A DNA stretch of 64,000 bases from Felis catus (taxonomy: Eukaryota). The notes under the pieces are model-generated. The model did not search any database. It saw only the letters and a program-made list of their open reading frames with translations, and was not told the DNA's origin. The stretch is from NCBI RefSeq assembly GCF_018350175.1, contig NC_058368.1, positions 200,014,001 through 200,078,000 on the forward strand, in the 5' to 3' direction. Positions 50,535 through 63,725 of this stretch are shown piece after piece (the stretch's first letter is position 1; every line of letters starts with the position of its first letter). Position numbers and translations under genes: made by a program.

Positions 50535-52460
50535 GTTTTTTCTGTCACTTCAGTCATGAATCAAATTGGGATTGTGGGCAAAGCTGTATTAATATTTGTT
50601 TAATTTAAGTTGCTTAAGATTTGGTCAACGGTTTTGTGTGGGTTATAGGAAATTATTGGTATATGAGGTATCACTTTTGTCTGTTGCTTCTATTTTGGGT
50701 GAGGTAGGTAGGTGACATATTGTGGCAAATAAGAATTGCAGCATGCAAGAAACTGGTCCTTAACAGCTGTGGGAAATAAGAGGAACTAGAGGTTGGAAAG
50801 AAATATTCTAAGTCAGATCATCTGTGGCCACCTGACTCCCTCTGAAGACTGTGTGAAATTTTTAGCAATATTTTAAGAACAGGAGAATGATAAGATTTCA
50901 TGCTTTTTTGATCACTGAATAATATTCCATTGTAAAATCTTGCCATTTGCAGCAACATGCATGGAATTACAGTGTGTTACGTTAAGTGAAACTAGAGGGG
51001 AGATGGGTGGGGGGGATGGGCTAAATGGGTGATGGGCATTAAGGAGGACACTTGTTGAGATGAACACCAGGTGTTATATGTAAGTGATGAATCACTGGGT
51101 TCTACTCCTGAAACCAATACTACACTGTATGTTAACTAACTTGAATTTAAATAAATAAATTAAAAAAAAAAAGGGAATAGGATAATGAAATAAGTACTTG
51201 CCAGCAAAAAGCTGATAGGTTTGATCAAACTTTGAAACATTGTTTTTACTTCCTTCAGATGGAACATTGTGATGAAAGAGACCAAAGAAGCTTTCATGGG
51301 TTTATTTATGTTCCAAAAGAATGTTAGTATGCCTAGTGTCCACATTCATCAGAAAAGTATTGAGGTGAACTTTCCAAGCTGGGTTCATTTTCTAACATGA
51401 CAAAGGAAATTACCAACATTATAGTTTTTGTACTCATGACCATACCTTTCCAGTGTATGCAGGAATTACAAGCAAAATATGGACAATTTGTTTATTTTCG
51501 TACAGTCAGCTGGATAGGAGGTGAAAATGTGTTGAAGAGAATTTAAACTACATGTTGATATCATGGAGTTTTTGGAGTTAAGGATATATGGAAGAACCAA
51601 TTTGTCAGAACCCTCAGGAATCATGGTATGCTGGTTTCTTACTGATATTAGAAAATAATACAAATTGAATTTAGTTGTAAAGAAAAAACAAACAAGATAA
51701 ATACAGCTCTACTTTCTTCAAGAAAGTAAAATATTCAGATTCAAACCAGACTTGTGAGTTGAGTAAATGTAGGTTAATTTCTTTTTTCTAACATTCCCTG
51801 AGTTTCCTAGAGTTGTAGACTGCCCAAATTTGCAGACATGTTGGTGTAAATGAAGGTCCAATTGCAGAGGAAGTTCTTAAGTTACAGTAATATGAAAGCC
51901 TCTTTAAGTTTTGGCAGAAATCCTTGGAAGATAAACCTCAAGATCCTTCTAGATAATCACAAATATGACATACCTACATGCCTCAATATACAAAGAAACT
52001 GATGAAGTTTTAAGTGAACGTTTCTCAACAAGTTAACACAGAAACCCCAGAATTATGGAGATGTGTATATAAATCTTAAAACTAGTAAAATATTTAGCTC
52101 TGAGACCAAACTGAGCAAACACTTAGCATAAACTATACAAATATATCTGAAAATCCCCATTGATGATGTTAACCTAGATTCAGAATTGGGAGGAGCCCTG
52201 AAAACAGTTCTTTAGCCATTCTTTAAATGCCAACACTGTGTTCCAACTACTTGTTCAAAATTGATCAGTTAGTAGCACTGAGTCAATTAAAACCAACCAA
52301 CCAACCAAACAAACAAACAAGCATGTTTGTATTTAAAAAATTGATTATATCATTCTCCGATTACTTTGGCTTCTTTTGCTTATGACTTGGCTTATATTTT
52401 AACACTTATCATTAAAAGATTCATGAAGCTCATTTTTATGGATCATATCTAGTGGATCAC
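50535..52460 (+). pseudogene. Degenerate hAT-superfamily (Charlie/SPIN/GTF2IRD2-like) transposase fossil
   Basis: Manual translation: 51397-51546 MTKEITNIIVFV...FQCMQELQAKYGQFVYFRTVSWIGGENVLKRI*; from 51602 LSEPSGIMVCWFLTDIRK*YKLNL...NFFFLTFPEF; HIHQ at 51341. Collinear with hAT motifs CxIHQ, YG..YxxVRWLSxGxVLxRF and FLxDI..LNxLN. Confidence 0.65.
50892..51172 (+). mobile_element. Short carnivore L1 3' end with an inverted 5' segment
   Basis: 50892-50934 is L1 sequence in reverse; from 50935 it is forward (aaatcttgccatttgc...), through gatgggcattaaggagg... to the A tail. Confidence 0.8.
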
Positions 52461-52486
52461 ATGACCTGCTATAGAAAAACACATGA

Positions 52487-52708
52487 GGGGCACCTGGGTG
52501 ACTCAGTCAGTAAAGCATTCTACTTCGGCTCAGATCATGATCTCACAGTTTTTGAGTCCAAGCCCTGTGTTGGGCTCTGTGCTGATAGCTCGGAGCCTGG
52601 AGGCTGCTTCCGATTCTGTGTCTCCCTCTCTCTCTCTGTCCCTCCCCCACTCATGCTCTCTCTCTCTCTCTCTCAATAATAAATAAACATTAAAAAAAAA
52701 AAAAGAAA
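52487..52708 (+). mobile_element. Can-SINE
   Basis: TSD-like aaaaacacatga on both sides. Confidence 0.9.
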
Positions 52709-52906
52709 AGAAAAACACATGAAACAAGGTGGCTACTGAGTCAGGAGGAGTTGCCTGTCTTAAAACAGTTCCCTGAGATGTAAAAAAAGTAAATGAGGCT
52801 CTTTTGATTATAACAATATCATCAAATTTCGGCTAATACATATATTCTGAAAGGAAACAATCAGTTGGTCACAGAGGCAACTTTAAGGAGTACTAATAGC
52901 TTTTCT

Positions 52907-53135
52907 TTTCTTTTTAAAAAAATTTCTTTAATGTTTTTATTTATTTTTTGAGACAGAGAGAGACAGAGCATGAGCAGGGGAGGGGCAGAGAGAGAGGGAG
53001 ACACAGAATCGGAAGCAGGCTCCAGGCTCCAAGAGGTCAGCACAGAGCCTGATGTGGGGCTCGAACTCACAGACTGTGAGATCATGACCTGAGCCGAAGT
53101 CGGATGCTCAACCGACTGAGCCACCCAGACGCCCC
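52907..53135 (-). mobile_element. Can-SINE
   Basis: TSD taatagcttttct. Confidence 0.92.
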
Positions 53136-53277
53136 TAATAGCTTTTCTTAAGGGCCCACATGGTCTCATCTTACTTCTCTGTTTCTCTCTGGCTGTTTCT
53201 TCTATTCTCATTATTATCTGGCCAATCTCATAAAATTAAACACTGAAATTTTACAAATATAAAAATAAAAATCTTTT

Positions 53278-53490
53278 GGGGAGCCTGGGTGGCTCAGTTG
53301 GTTAAGCGTCTGACTCTTGATTTTGGCTCAAGTCATGATCTCACGGTTTGTAAGATGGAGCCACACGTTGGGCTCTGCACTGAACAGTGCAGAGCCTGCT
53401 TGGAATTCTCTGTCTCCCTCTCTCTCTGCCCCTCCCTGGCTCTTTCTCTCTATTGCTCTCAAAAATAAATAAATCAACATATTTAAAAAA
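53278..53490 (+). mobile_element. Can-SINE
   Basis: TSD-like aaaat(a/t)aaaatctttt. Confidence 0.9.
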
Positions 53491-55519
53491 TTAAAATCTT
53501 TTAAAAAGCAAACATTTGGAAGGGAGCAATTCTGGTTGTCCTAGTGAAAGCCAGACCACTTCATGGCTCAGAGATTAATCCAAATTATAGTGCCCTTGGG
53601 TTAAGTGCTCAGGAATGTCCTCAAGAATGACTATTTCTCTGCAAAGGACAGCTTAGAGCTATTTTATTGGACATGTAGTTTATGGGTGTTTGTGTGTGTT
53701 TATGAGGTGGGTTAGTGGTGACCAAGGAAGTTTCTGAGACATTAGGCATGACACATATGTCTACTATGGGTTAGTAATCTTAGTAATAAATACTCTTCAG
53801 AAGAAAAAGCAAACAGGAAGCTAGTGGGTTTCTGTTACTATCTATGAAGTAAGTTAGTAATCACGACTATAAGACAGAAATCACAAACTCAAATAAGGCC
53901 ATGGAGTGGAGTATAGAAGAAATCCATCTGAAGTTGTTTTCTCACAGATACACATCATGTGCATATTAAAACATATAAGAATATTCTTCATTTCCTTAAA
54001 AGAAATGTGATTCTTCTAATTTTTTTTCTTGAATTCATTACATCTCAGTTTTTTTTTTCTTATTTTTGATGGTGACATGGGACAGAAATATTTTGCTATA
54101 ATAAAATAAAAATGTAGATCCAATTAGATGATAAATGAAAGTTCACATGTGTTGGTGAAAAGGGTAGAGAGAATTGGGGGTGAACAGGAAACTCTAGGCT
54201 TTGTATGAAGGGAATAGTGCTATGTAGATTTCATAATTGTTATTCAAGATTAGTGTAGCAATCATTATCTTCCAGTGTTTTAAAAGAAGTCAGAAATTCA
54301 GAATATTTAAGAATTAGAAATCACCTAATTTTTATATGTTGGCTCCTCCTGTCTCCCTTTTAATTCTTCAGCGGAAATTCTTCAAGGAAAACCTATCTGG
54401 AGGCTGGAAAGCATCCATAGGTCTCTAGCTTGTTATCATGTCTAGAAGAAGATGAGGTAAAAATTTCCCTTTCTTTTTGTATTTTTAATTACTTTAATCA
54501 TGTTCTCTCTTAAAAGAAAATTGTATTCCTTACATAGTGATTAGGAAAATTGTTTGGGGATAGAAAGGGAGTTGGGTGGCAAAGAACCTCCACCCTACTC
54601 AACAGACAGATTTTGGGGTAGATATTCCCTACATACTAAAGTAAATTTTGAGAACTTAAAAAAAAAAGTGGTTTGAATCCTTGAGAGTTGGAATACAGAA
54701 GAAAGAGATAAGCAGAAAAAATTTATCAAGTATCTATTTTTGTCACTAACTATATGGCTTTGAGCCAGTCACTTCTCTTGTATATAAACTGTTGATTCTG
54801 TGGAATTAAAGTGCTAGATTAGATCAGAAGTTCTGAAACTTGTTTGACATTAGAGAACCTGAAATTAAAATTCTGATTTCCAGATCCCCTATGTTTTTTA
54901 AATACTGTCTTTTACTTTTAAGCTAGGAGAAATTATACTAGTAGAAAATGAAGTTAGATAGAGGTAAAATATAATCATGTCCAATTGCATGTGGCCATGA
55001 TAAATCAAACTGTTGCAATGACTGTTTCTTGGCTTTTATATTTTTATCTGTTTGCTTCTTGCATATTGATTTTTGACATATGTTGGTACTTGCTAATGTA
55101 TAGATGATTGTGGTGCCAATACTTAAGAGAAATTATGAGAAAAAATTTAATTGAGAATATTTTCTCTATTAACTTTCTGTTTCTGCAAATTGGAAAAAAA
55201 CTATTGCATTATTCAATTTTATGGTGGGAAATCTTGGTCTATCCATTGTGGGAACATAATTTAGGACACCGGAGTAGGCCCCTACCAGCTGTAACATTCC
55301 ATGCATCTACATTTTTCAAATGTGGCCAAGTAAGATCTTATTTGGAAAGAAATTTTCTTAAAAATGAAATATAGCTGTGGGCTACTTTCTGCTGACTGAA
55401 ATTGAGAAAACAGACATTTGAGGGAAAGTGAAATAGTTTTAATGCATGCAAATTGTGTTCCAACAATAAACTTTTAAGCGTTTATCCAACTTTTCTTTAA
55501 TCAAATCTCCATCTAGAAA

Positions 55520-56300
55520 GCTCCATTAATTCATTTTATTAATTTATTTCAGTGGCTACTTCCTACTGGGACGTTTTCGATGTGCTGGGGATATAGCAAT
55601 GAACAAAACAAAAGAAAATTCCCATCTTAATGAAGCTACATTAATGGAGAGAAATATGAAATAAATAAAATGCTAAAAATAGTATATTAGATAGTGATAA
55701 GTTTTATGAAGAAAAAAGAAGCATAAATAGAGAAAAAGTATGTAATAGGGGCTGTGGTAGGGGAGCAAATTTAAGGTAAGATAGTCAGGAAAGGCTTCAC
55801 TGTGAAGATGACTTTTGAGCAAAGGTGGGAAGAAGGTCTGTGCTGGAATCCAGAGTAAGAGAATTAGAGTACAAGGGTCCTGAACAAGGAACATCCCTGC
55901 GATGTTCAGACATCCAGTCTGTTTGGAGTGGATTGACCGAGGCTGAGGGCAGTAAAAGATGAGATCAAGTAATATAAGAACTTACAGGCCATTTAGAAAA
56001 TTTGGCTTTTATTCAGAGATGAAAGCCAGTGAAGGATTTTGAGTAGAGTGGCACCAACTGACTTATTTTTAAAAATATATGCTTTTCTGAGATGAGACTA
56101 AAATGGGGCAAGAGTGGAAGGGAAATGAGTGTTGAGAAGGCAATGCAATAATCTAGGTGTTAAAGGATGTTGGCTTAGACCAATATGGAGGTGATGAGAA
56201 GTGGTTAGATTCTGGATATATTGTAAAGATAGAGTTAATAGCATCTGCTGAAGAGATCAGATGTGTGATATGAGAGAGAGGAATCAAGTATGACTACAAA
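55520..56300 (-). mobile_element. L2 fragment (long 3' portion)
   Basis: gtgctggggatatagcaatgaacaaaac...ggaaaggcttcactgtgaagatgacttttgagcaa...gagaagtggttagattctggatatattgtaaagatagag. Confidence 0.75.
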
Positions 56301-56874
56301 GCCACCAAAGACAAGCTCTTCCTCATTTGCAAATATTCTTATCTCAACCCCAATAGCTTGTGATTATAATGAAGTACATTCCTTAAAGTTTATTGTCAAT
56401 TGCTCATTTTCTCCCTTCCTTTCAGAGGATGCCAACATCATTAAAGCCAAGACTGGGACCCACATCAAGATCATCTACAATCTGTAGATGCAAGGGGGCT
56501 ACTAACTCTTATAAGCCCCCAACCTTCATTTGGTCCATAATACCATCTTTGATTTGTACTATCCTTGCATAGGATTTTCCATCTGGTCCTCTGAGCTCCT
56601 CCATCAGTACTTCTACCAACTGATGTGCTTTATTCTCCTGGGTCATTATATTTATCACTGAGTAATTGCTTCTATCAAGAGTAGTCTTGATAGCATCTTA
56701 TCAAGAGTAAATCTACCAACACCCTGGGCTGGGTGATGGTGGGAATTGGCTCTGTGAGGAATAAAGTAAAGCCCTAAGTGCTTAACAAATGTTAGGTATT
56801 TATTATTATTCTTATTACTAATTGATATTATTATTATAGATGTTTGTTCAAGGAGTAGTATTCCTGTTCTGTAG

Positions 56875-57090
56875 AGATGTGCTGTTCATTGTGGTAGCCA
56901 TAGTTCATTTGCATGTAGCTACGTAAATTTAAATTGTAGTTAATTAAAATGAAATAAAATTAAAAATTCAGTTCCTTAGTCCCAGGAAATTTCAATTACT
57001 CCTTGGGTGGCTAGTGGCTACTGTATTGGACACTGAAGAATGGAGAAATTGACATTTATTATAGATAGTTCTATTCGTGAGTACAGCTCT
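56875..57090 (-). mobile_element. MER3/MER33-like hAT element
   Basis: ggtagcca...taaaattaaaaattcagttcct...gtggctagtggctactgtattggaca. Confidence 0.7.
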
Positions 57091-59253
57091 AGAGAATTGC
57101 CTCCTATCCTACTAGTGATTACAGAGGAGAGGAAGTAAATAGGACATCACTATACCATCCATATAAGTTTCACCATAGGTGAATTGTCCTTCCTAAACTA
57201 CTTGGAAATATTTGGGATTTTTTATACTACTGACTATGCTCTAGGCCTCTAATGTCTTTCGGATTACCTTTGTTCCTTAATTCACCTTTTAAAGGCAAAC
57301 AGTACAATTACAATATTGTACACATATGTTCACACAGGAAAATAAAAACCTCTTACCACAACCCCATGAGGTTCTTGTACATGAGGTTCTTGTACAAATT
57401 TTTGGCTTGGTGCAACTCTTAGAATTTTTCAAGACCTTTGCTTGAACTTAAAAAGTTAATGTACATTTAAAAAGAAATGAATCCCACATGTTTTGATTTA
57501 TTTATGCTTATTTTTCCAGCTTCTGGTTTGAAGAGGACTTGTGTCTAAAAAATCTTTGGGGATTTTCAAAAGAGGATTAATATTAATTTTTCCCTCCCAA
57601 GTAGGAAGTTAGGTTTGGTCATGGGTAAATGATCACAAAATCACAAATGTTTTAGTTTGCCTTCAAAGCTCAGATTTATCAATTTAGAGTGGGTGTCAAA
57701 CTTGGCAGGAGATGTTCTTTCATTCATGGGATTTACTTAGTCTATTAATGAGTTCTTTTCACAAGATAAAGGGCAGTATTGGATCATTTATATTAAAAAC
57801 ATTCAATTGTGAATTATGATGCAAACAGGAAACCACACACACTGTTGAGGCCCTCTACAAAGGAATAAAAGGAACTGGGCAAGTTTGCTGCCAGTGTCTT
57901 TGCAGATGCTGCACTGAACTGGCAAAAGTACATACCAGTGCCAATGCGCTTTAGGATAACATCTGAAACTTTCCAGAACTTTGTTAAGTAGCCCAGTTAG
58001 ACAGTCATTGCTAGCACAGTGCATTTCATTATTCTACTACTCTGGACACAGTTGATAGGCCTACATTAGTCCAAAAGTTGGCTAATAATCTGTGAGATAT
58101 CCAGGCATATAGCACTCACCCCTTGTACTAGATGATATTTGGCCAAGAATACCAGATCCAAAAAAAGAGTAAAAAAAAAAAAAATAAGTGATACTACACA
58201 TTGTGATCTTGGCTTTTGCCAAGTACTACGCAAAAAGCTTAACAAAGTCATACCTAATGTGTACGACAATTCTTCATGATAAACATTAATATACCAATTT
58301 TTAGTTGAATAAATTGAAGCTCAGTTTGCTGAAAATAATGTCTAGGAGCAGGATCGCATAGAATTTTTTGATCCCAACACCAGATCTCTTTTTAATAAAT
58401 TATACTCTTCCCTACTTTTTCTTTGAGTTTGAATTTAAAAATTTAGCAAAGGAGACATAGAAACAGCAACAAGGTATATGTGAGTCATCATAATGGGAGA
58501 CCAAACAGAACCTGCTGCAGAGGTGGACGAGCTAACAGCGTAGCTGGAAGAGTTTTGGTCATCTCAAGGCCTGGTTGTAGATATATAGCAATGTCCTGGA
58601 TATGTCCTTCAAAATGTCTGGCCATAGACTGTCAAAAGTATTTGCTGTTATTTATCCCTGCATCCCCTTTTGATCAGTCCATTTGCTGGGGAACATTGCT
58701 GCTGGGCCTTTAAACCTGAAATCCCCTACCTGTTTAATGATTGTACCATTGTGAGTTCTAACTTAAATGCCTAAAGTAAAATGGTCTAAAACACTGATCT
58801 GTAGTAAGGTTTAAACAGAGTTTAGGATTTTAGATCTGTTCCATTACCTCCTTTGTATTTATTTGCACTTAAAAATAAATTGGAGTTTTCTGATTTTCAT
58901 CCTAGCCCAATGCTCTGTGTGAGTTTCTTTCCCTAATGATAAATTCCATTTCATAACAATTGCAAATTCCAAGGAGTGCATTTCAGGGAAGTTCATTTGA
59001 GGATAAAATCATTGGCATTTGACCTCATGTTGCCATTTGTAGCATGCTAGAGCTTCTCAGAAATATATTGCCTTGTCAAGTCTTCTTACTTAATTAAATC
59101 TTCCTGTAAATTTCTTGAAAGCAAAGTAAAAAGTAGCTATTGATGTGGTAATAATTATTTAATATTCAGTAGAATATTGAAATAATCAACATCCTGTGAT
59201 AATGCAAAATAGGAACAATGAATTTAATGGAGAAGTATCTTCCTTCTCTCTCT

Positions 59254-59455
59254 CTTTTTTAAATGTTTACTTTCAAGAGGGAGAGAGAAAGAGAGCCTGA
59301 GCAAGGGAGGGGCAGAGAGAGAGAGAGCAAGACAGAGAATCTAAAGCAGGCTCTGTGCTGTGAGAGTGCAGAACCTGATGCAGGGCTGGAACTAATAAAC
59401 CTTGAGATTGTGACCTGAGCCAGACACTTAACTGACTGAGCCACCCAGGTGCCCC
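59254..59455 (-). mobile_element. Can-SINE
   Basis: Reverse body ending caggtgcccc. Confidence 0.88.
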
Positions 59456-59629
59456 TTCTTTCTTTTTTTAAAACCAACCCTCGTCCTTTTCTGTCATCTC
59501 AGATCTGCTGGTGCTCAAGAAGAAACATATCTACTACTCTCCCTGCCAACCTGACACCTGAGCTGTGGGGGCATACAGCCCAACCACAATTGAGAACTTG
59601 GATCAAATTCATCCCTAAATATTATTCTT

Positions 59630-61172
59630 TTTAAAAAATTAATTAACTAATTAATTTTTAAATTTACATCCAAATTAGGTAGCATATAGTGCAACAATGA
59701 TTTCAGGAGTAGATTCCTTAATGCCCCTTACCCTCCTAGCCCATCCCCCCCACTCACAACCCCTCCAGCAACCCTCTGTTTGTTCTCTATATTTAAGAGT
59801 CTCTTATGGTTTGTCCCCCTCCCTGTTTTTATATTATTTTTGCTTCCCTTTCCTTATGTTCAGCTGTTTTGTATCTTAAATTCGTCATACGAGTGAAGTC
59901 ATATGATATTTGTCTTTCTCTGACTAATTTCACTTAGTATCATACCCTCTAGTTCCATCCATGCAGTTGCAAATGGCAAGCGCGCGCGCGCGTGTTGTGT
60001 GTGTGTGTGTGTATGTGTTCTTTATCCATTCATCAGTCGATGGACATTTGGGTTCTTTCTATACTTTGGCTATTGTCGATAGCACTGCTATAAACATTGG
60101 GGTGCATGTGCCCCTTTGAAACAGCACACCTGTATGCCTTGGAAAAATAACTAATAGTGCAATTGCTGGGTCATAGGATAGTTCTATTTTTAATTTTTTG
60201 AGGAACCTCCACACTGTTTTCCAGGGTGGCTGCACAAGTTTGCATTCCCACCAGCAGTGCAAAAGAGATCCTCTTTCTTCACAGAAAGTTTCCAGTTGTT
60301 AATGTTAGCCATTCTGACAGGTGTGAGGTGGTATCTCATTGTGGTTTTGATTTGTATTTCCCTGATGATGAGTGATGGTGAGCATTTTTTCAAGTGTCGG
60401 TTGGCCATCCGGCTGTCTTCTTTGGAGAAGTGTCTATTCATGTCTTTTGCCCATTTCTTCACTGGATTATTTGTTTTTTGGGTGTTGAGTTTGAGAAGTT
60501 CTTTATTGATTTTGGATACTAACCATTTATCTGATATGTCATTTGCAAATATCTTCTCCCATTCCATCAGTTGCCTTTTAGTTTTGCTGATTGTTTCCTT
60601 CACTCTGCAGAAGCTCGTTATTTTGATGAAGTCCCAATAGTTCATTTTTGCTTTTGTTTCCCTTGCCTCTGGAGATGTGTTGAGTAAGAAGTTGCTGTGG
60701 CCGAGGTCAGAGAGGTCTTTGTCTGCTTTCTCCTCCAAGATTTCGATGGCTTCCTGTCTTACATTGAGGTCTTTCATCCATTTTGAGTTTATTTTTGTGT
60801 ATGGTGTAAGAAAGTGTTCCAGGTTCATTTTTCTGCATGTTGCTGTCTAGTTTTCCCAGTACCATTTGCTGAAGAGACTGTCTTTATTCCATTGGATATT
60901 CTTTCCTGCTTTGTCAAAGACTAGCTGGCCATATGTTTGTGGGTCCTATTCTGTTCCATTGATCTGAGTGTCTGTTTTGTGCCAGGACCCTGCTGTCTTG
61001 ATGATTACAGCTTTGTAATACATCTTGAAATCTGGGATTGTAATGCCTCCAGCTTGGGTTTTCTTTTTCAGGATTGCTTTGGCTATTCGGGGTCTTTTCC
61101 GGTTCCATACAAATTTTAGAATTGTTTGTTCTAGCTCTGTGAAGAATGCTGGTGTTATGTTGATAGGGATTG
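59630..61172 (-). mobile_element. 5'-truncated carnivore L1 (ORF2 C-terminal part plus 3' UTR), frameshifted
   Basis: ORF pieces [31 protein letters not shown] and [15 protein letters not shown] are L1 ORF2p; perfect 17-bp TSD ccctaaatattattctt (59613-59629, 61173-61189). Confidence 0.95.
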
Positions 61173-62704
61173 CCCTAAATATTATTCTTGAAACACTATC
61201 TCCACTGCATGGTACCACCCTTAGACCTGGGAAAGTGGGAGCCCTGGGCCTCAGGGAGGCCCCACTTTAGAATGATTCCTCAAGATGTTTAAAGTTTCCT
61301 CCAATGCCAGGGATGAGATGAGGCCAGAAATGCCATCAGGGAAGATCTCCCTGAGCATGGATAAAGACTAGCTGGGGCTTTTCTGCCCTCTGTAACACAG
61401 TATCAACAGGTATATATTGTCACCCTTGCATCACTGAGGATAGGTTTCAGTCAGAGAGATATTAGGTCAGTTGATGTGAGAGTCCAGGGGGTGAGAGAGC
61501 TGTAGATAGACCCATTTTGGCCTGACTCCACTGAGGAAATTTCAGGATAATGAGAGGGACTTTGTGGATATTTCTTTCACATTTCTACAGAATTAAACAC
61601 TCCCTTCTCCAGTACTGTATGCATGGTTCCATTGTTACAGAGATTAAAATGAATCTAAATGTATTTGTGTATATATCTATTCTCACCACTAGGATGTAAG
61701 GTGCTTACCAATTTCTGAAACTCTGTACTGAGCAGATTTTCTAGAAAATAGTAGGAACATATTAAATATGGAAAATGATTATTTTCTGATTGAGTTAAAG
61801 TGCAAATCTACTCATGGATTATAAGAAAATTAATAAAGGATCATTTTTTATTCCTATTATTTATTTTCTCTAAAACAAGACCTTCAGTGTCTAGTTGCTT
61901 TGCAGAAAACAGTACCATTCTCTAATAATTATAAGCCTGTTAACATTCTTTCTTATGGGTCACAGACTATTCTAGCACTTACTTGTGAGCTTTGAGGTTG
62001 GAAAATGGGGGAAGAGCATTCACTAGTTCAATTATGAATTATTTCAAAGGTCAGAGCACAAGAGCACAAACTACACTAGTGCCTTTCAGAGAATGGAAAG
62101 TGATGAACATCTATTTGATGAAATAAATATTGTAATGAGGAGAGCAAAAATAGCCAAAAAGCTATAGCAAACATTTTTTGAATAAATGAGTGATAAGGCG
62201 ATGTTAAATGTCTTCTATGATTTCTTGATCTTGTATATTTAAAAAATACTGTAACATAAAAATGATTAGAGAATGGACTGTGCATAGATATTGGTTCATT
62301 TATTTACATTGAAATTAAGTACATTACGTGCAGTCCATACAGAGGCAAGATTATTTCCATACATTCTAACTCCACCCTCTTCTTTTTCTGAAATGAGGTT
62401 AAAGATAGAAGTTGTCTTTTGGATTTTGGCTCATGACCCTTCCTAGTGATCGTCTGTCAAGCTGCTTTACTGGCTGCACAATCCAAAGCTGGGAACTATG
62501 GCAGCCATAGACAGGCTAACAGAATGCATAGTTAATATTTAAATGTCTGGCTGGGTACAAATCCTGGTCCTGGAATGTCTTAAGAGTTCTTTGTAAGACT
62601 AACGATGATCCAGAGATCCTTTGATCCTTTATTATCTTCAGAATCTGTTTTTATCTGGACACGTACAGTTCTCATGAAATTCCCCAAAAGGTTAATCGCT
62701 ATTA

Positions 62705-63725
62705 TTATCTGTTTTGATTCTAGTCATCCTAGTGGTGTAAAGTAGTATCTCATTCTGGTTTTGATTTATGATTTCTTATTGACTAATGATGTTGAACATC
62801 TTATTGTGTGCTTATTGGGCATCTGTATATTTTCTTGGAGTAATGTCTATTTAAGTCTTTGGCCCACTTTTAAATTGAGTTTTATTTTTATTGTTTAGTT
62901 GTAAGAATTCTTTATATTTTGGGTACTAGTCCTATATCACAGATGTGATTTACAATTATTTTCTTCCATTCTATGAGTTGCCTTTTCACTATCTTGATAG
63001 TCTCCTTTGAAGCACAAAAGTTTGTGATTTTGATGAAGACCAATTTACCTATTTTCCTTTGGTTGTTGGGCTTGTAGTGTAATATTAAAAAAAACCCTGG
63101 TGATTCAGTCATGTAGATTTATGTTTTATTCTAAGAGTTTTATAGTTTTAACTCTTTTGTTTAAGGCTATGATTCATTTTGAGTTATTTTTTGTATATGG
63201 TGTGAGGTACAGCTTCATTCTTTAAAATGTGGATATCCAGTTTTCCCAGCACTATTTGTTGTAAAGACTATTTTCCCCCTATGAATGGTCTTGACAATCT
63301 TATTGAAAATTAATTGACCATACATGTATGGGTTTATTTCTGGATGCTTAATTTTGTTCCATTGGTCTCTATATGTTTGTCCTTATCACACTATCTTGAT
63401 TACTGTAGATTTGTATTAAGTTTAGAAATCAGGAAGTTTCTAAAAAGTCTTCCCTTGTATTATTTTTCAGATTGGTTTGGCTATTCTGGATCCCTTGCCT
63501 TTCCATATTAATTTTAGGATCAATTTGCTCATTTATGCAAAAACAAAAACAAAAACAAAAACAAAAAACAGCTGGGATTTTTATAGGGCTGGTATTGCAT
63601 TTGTAGATCAATTTGGGAAGTATTGCTATCCTACCAATACAAAGTGTTAACAATCCATCAACATAGGATGTCTTTCCATATTTTATATCTTCATTAATTA
63701 CTTTCAGCAATGTTTTGTAGTTTCT
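62705..63725 (-). mobile_element. Older L1 (L1M-class) ORF2 fragment
   Basis: Degenerate ORF2 pieces (FCASKETIKIVKRQLIEWKKI; IAILPKLIYKCN). Confidence 0.85.

Noticed and set aside
6212..53211. Recurrent ORFs such as MAQSVKRPTSAQVMIS... and ETEHERGRVRERGRH...
   Set aside because: These are translations of Can-SINE bodies, not a gene family.
60059..61218. L1 ORF2 fragments as a functional reverse transcriptase gene
   Set aside because: 5'-truncated, frameshifted and internally deleted, with no EN or RT core.
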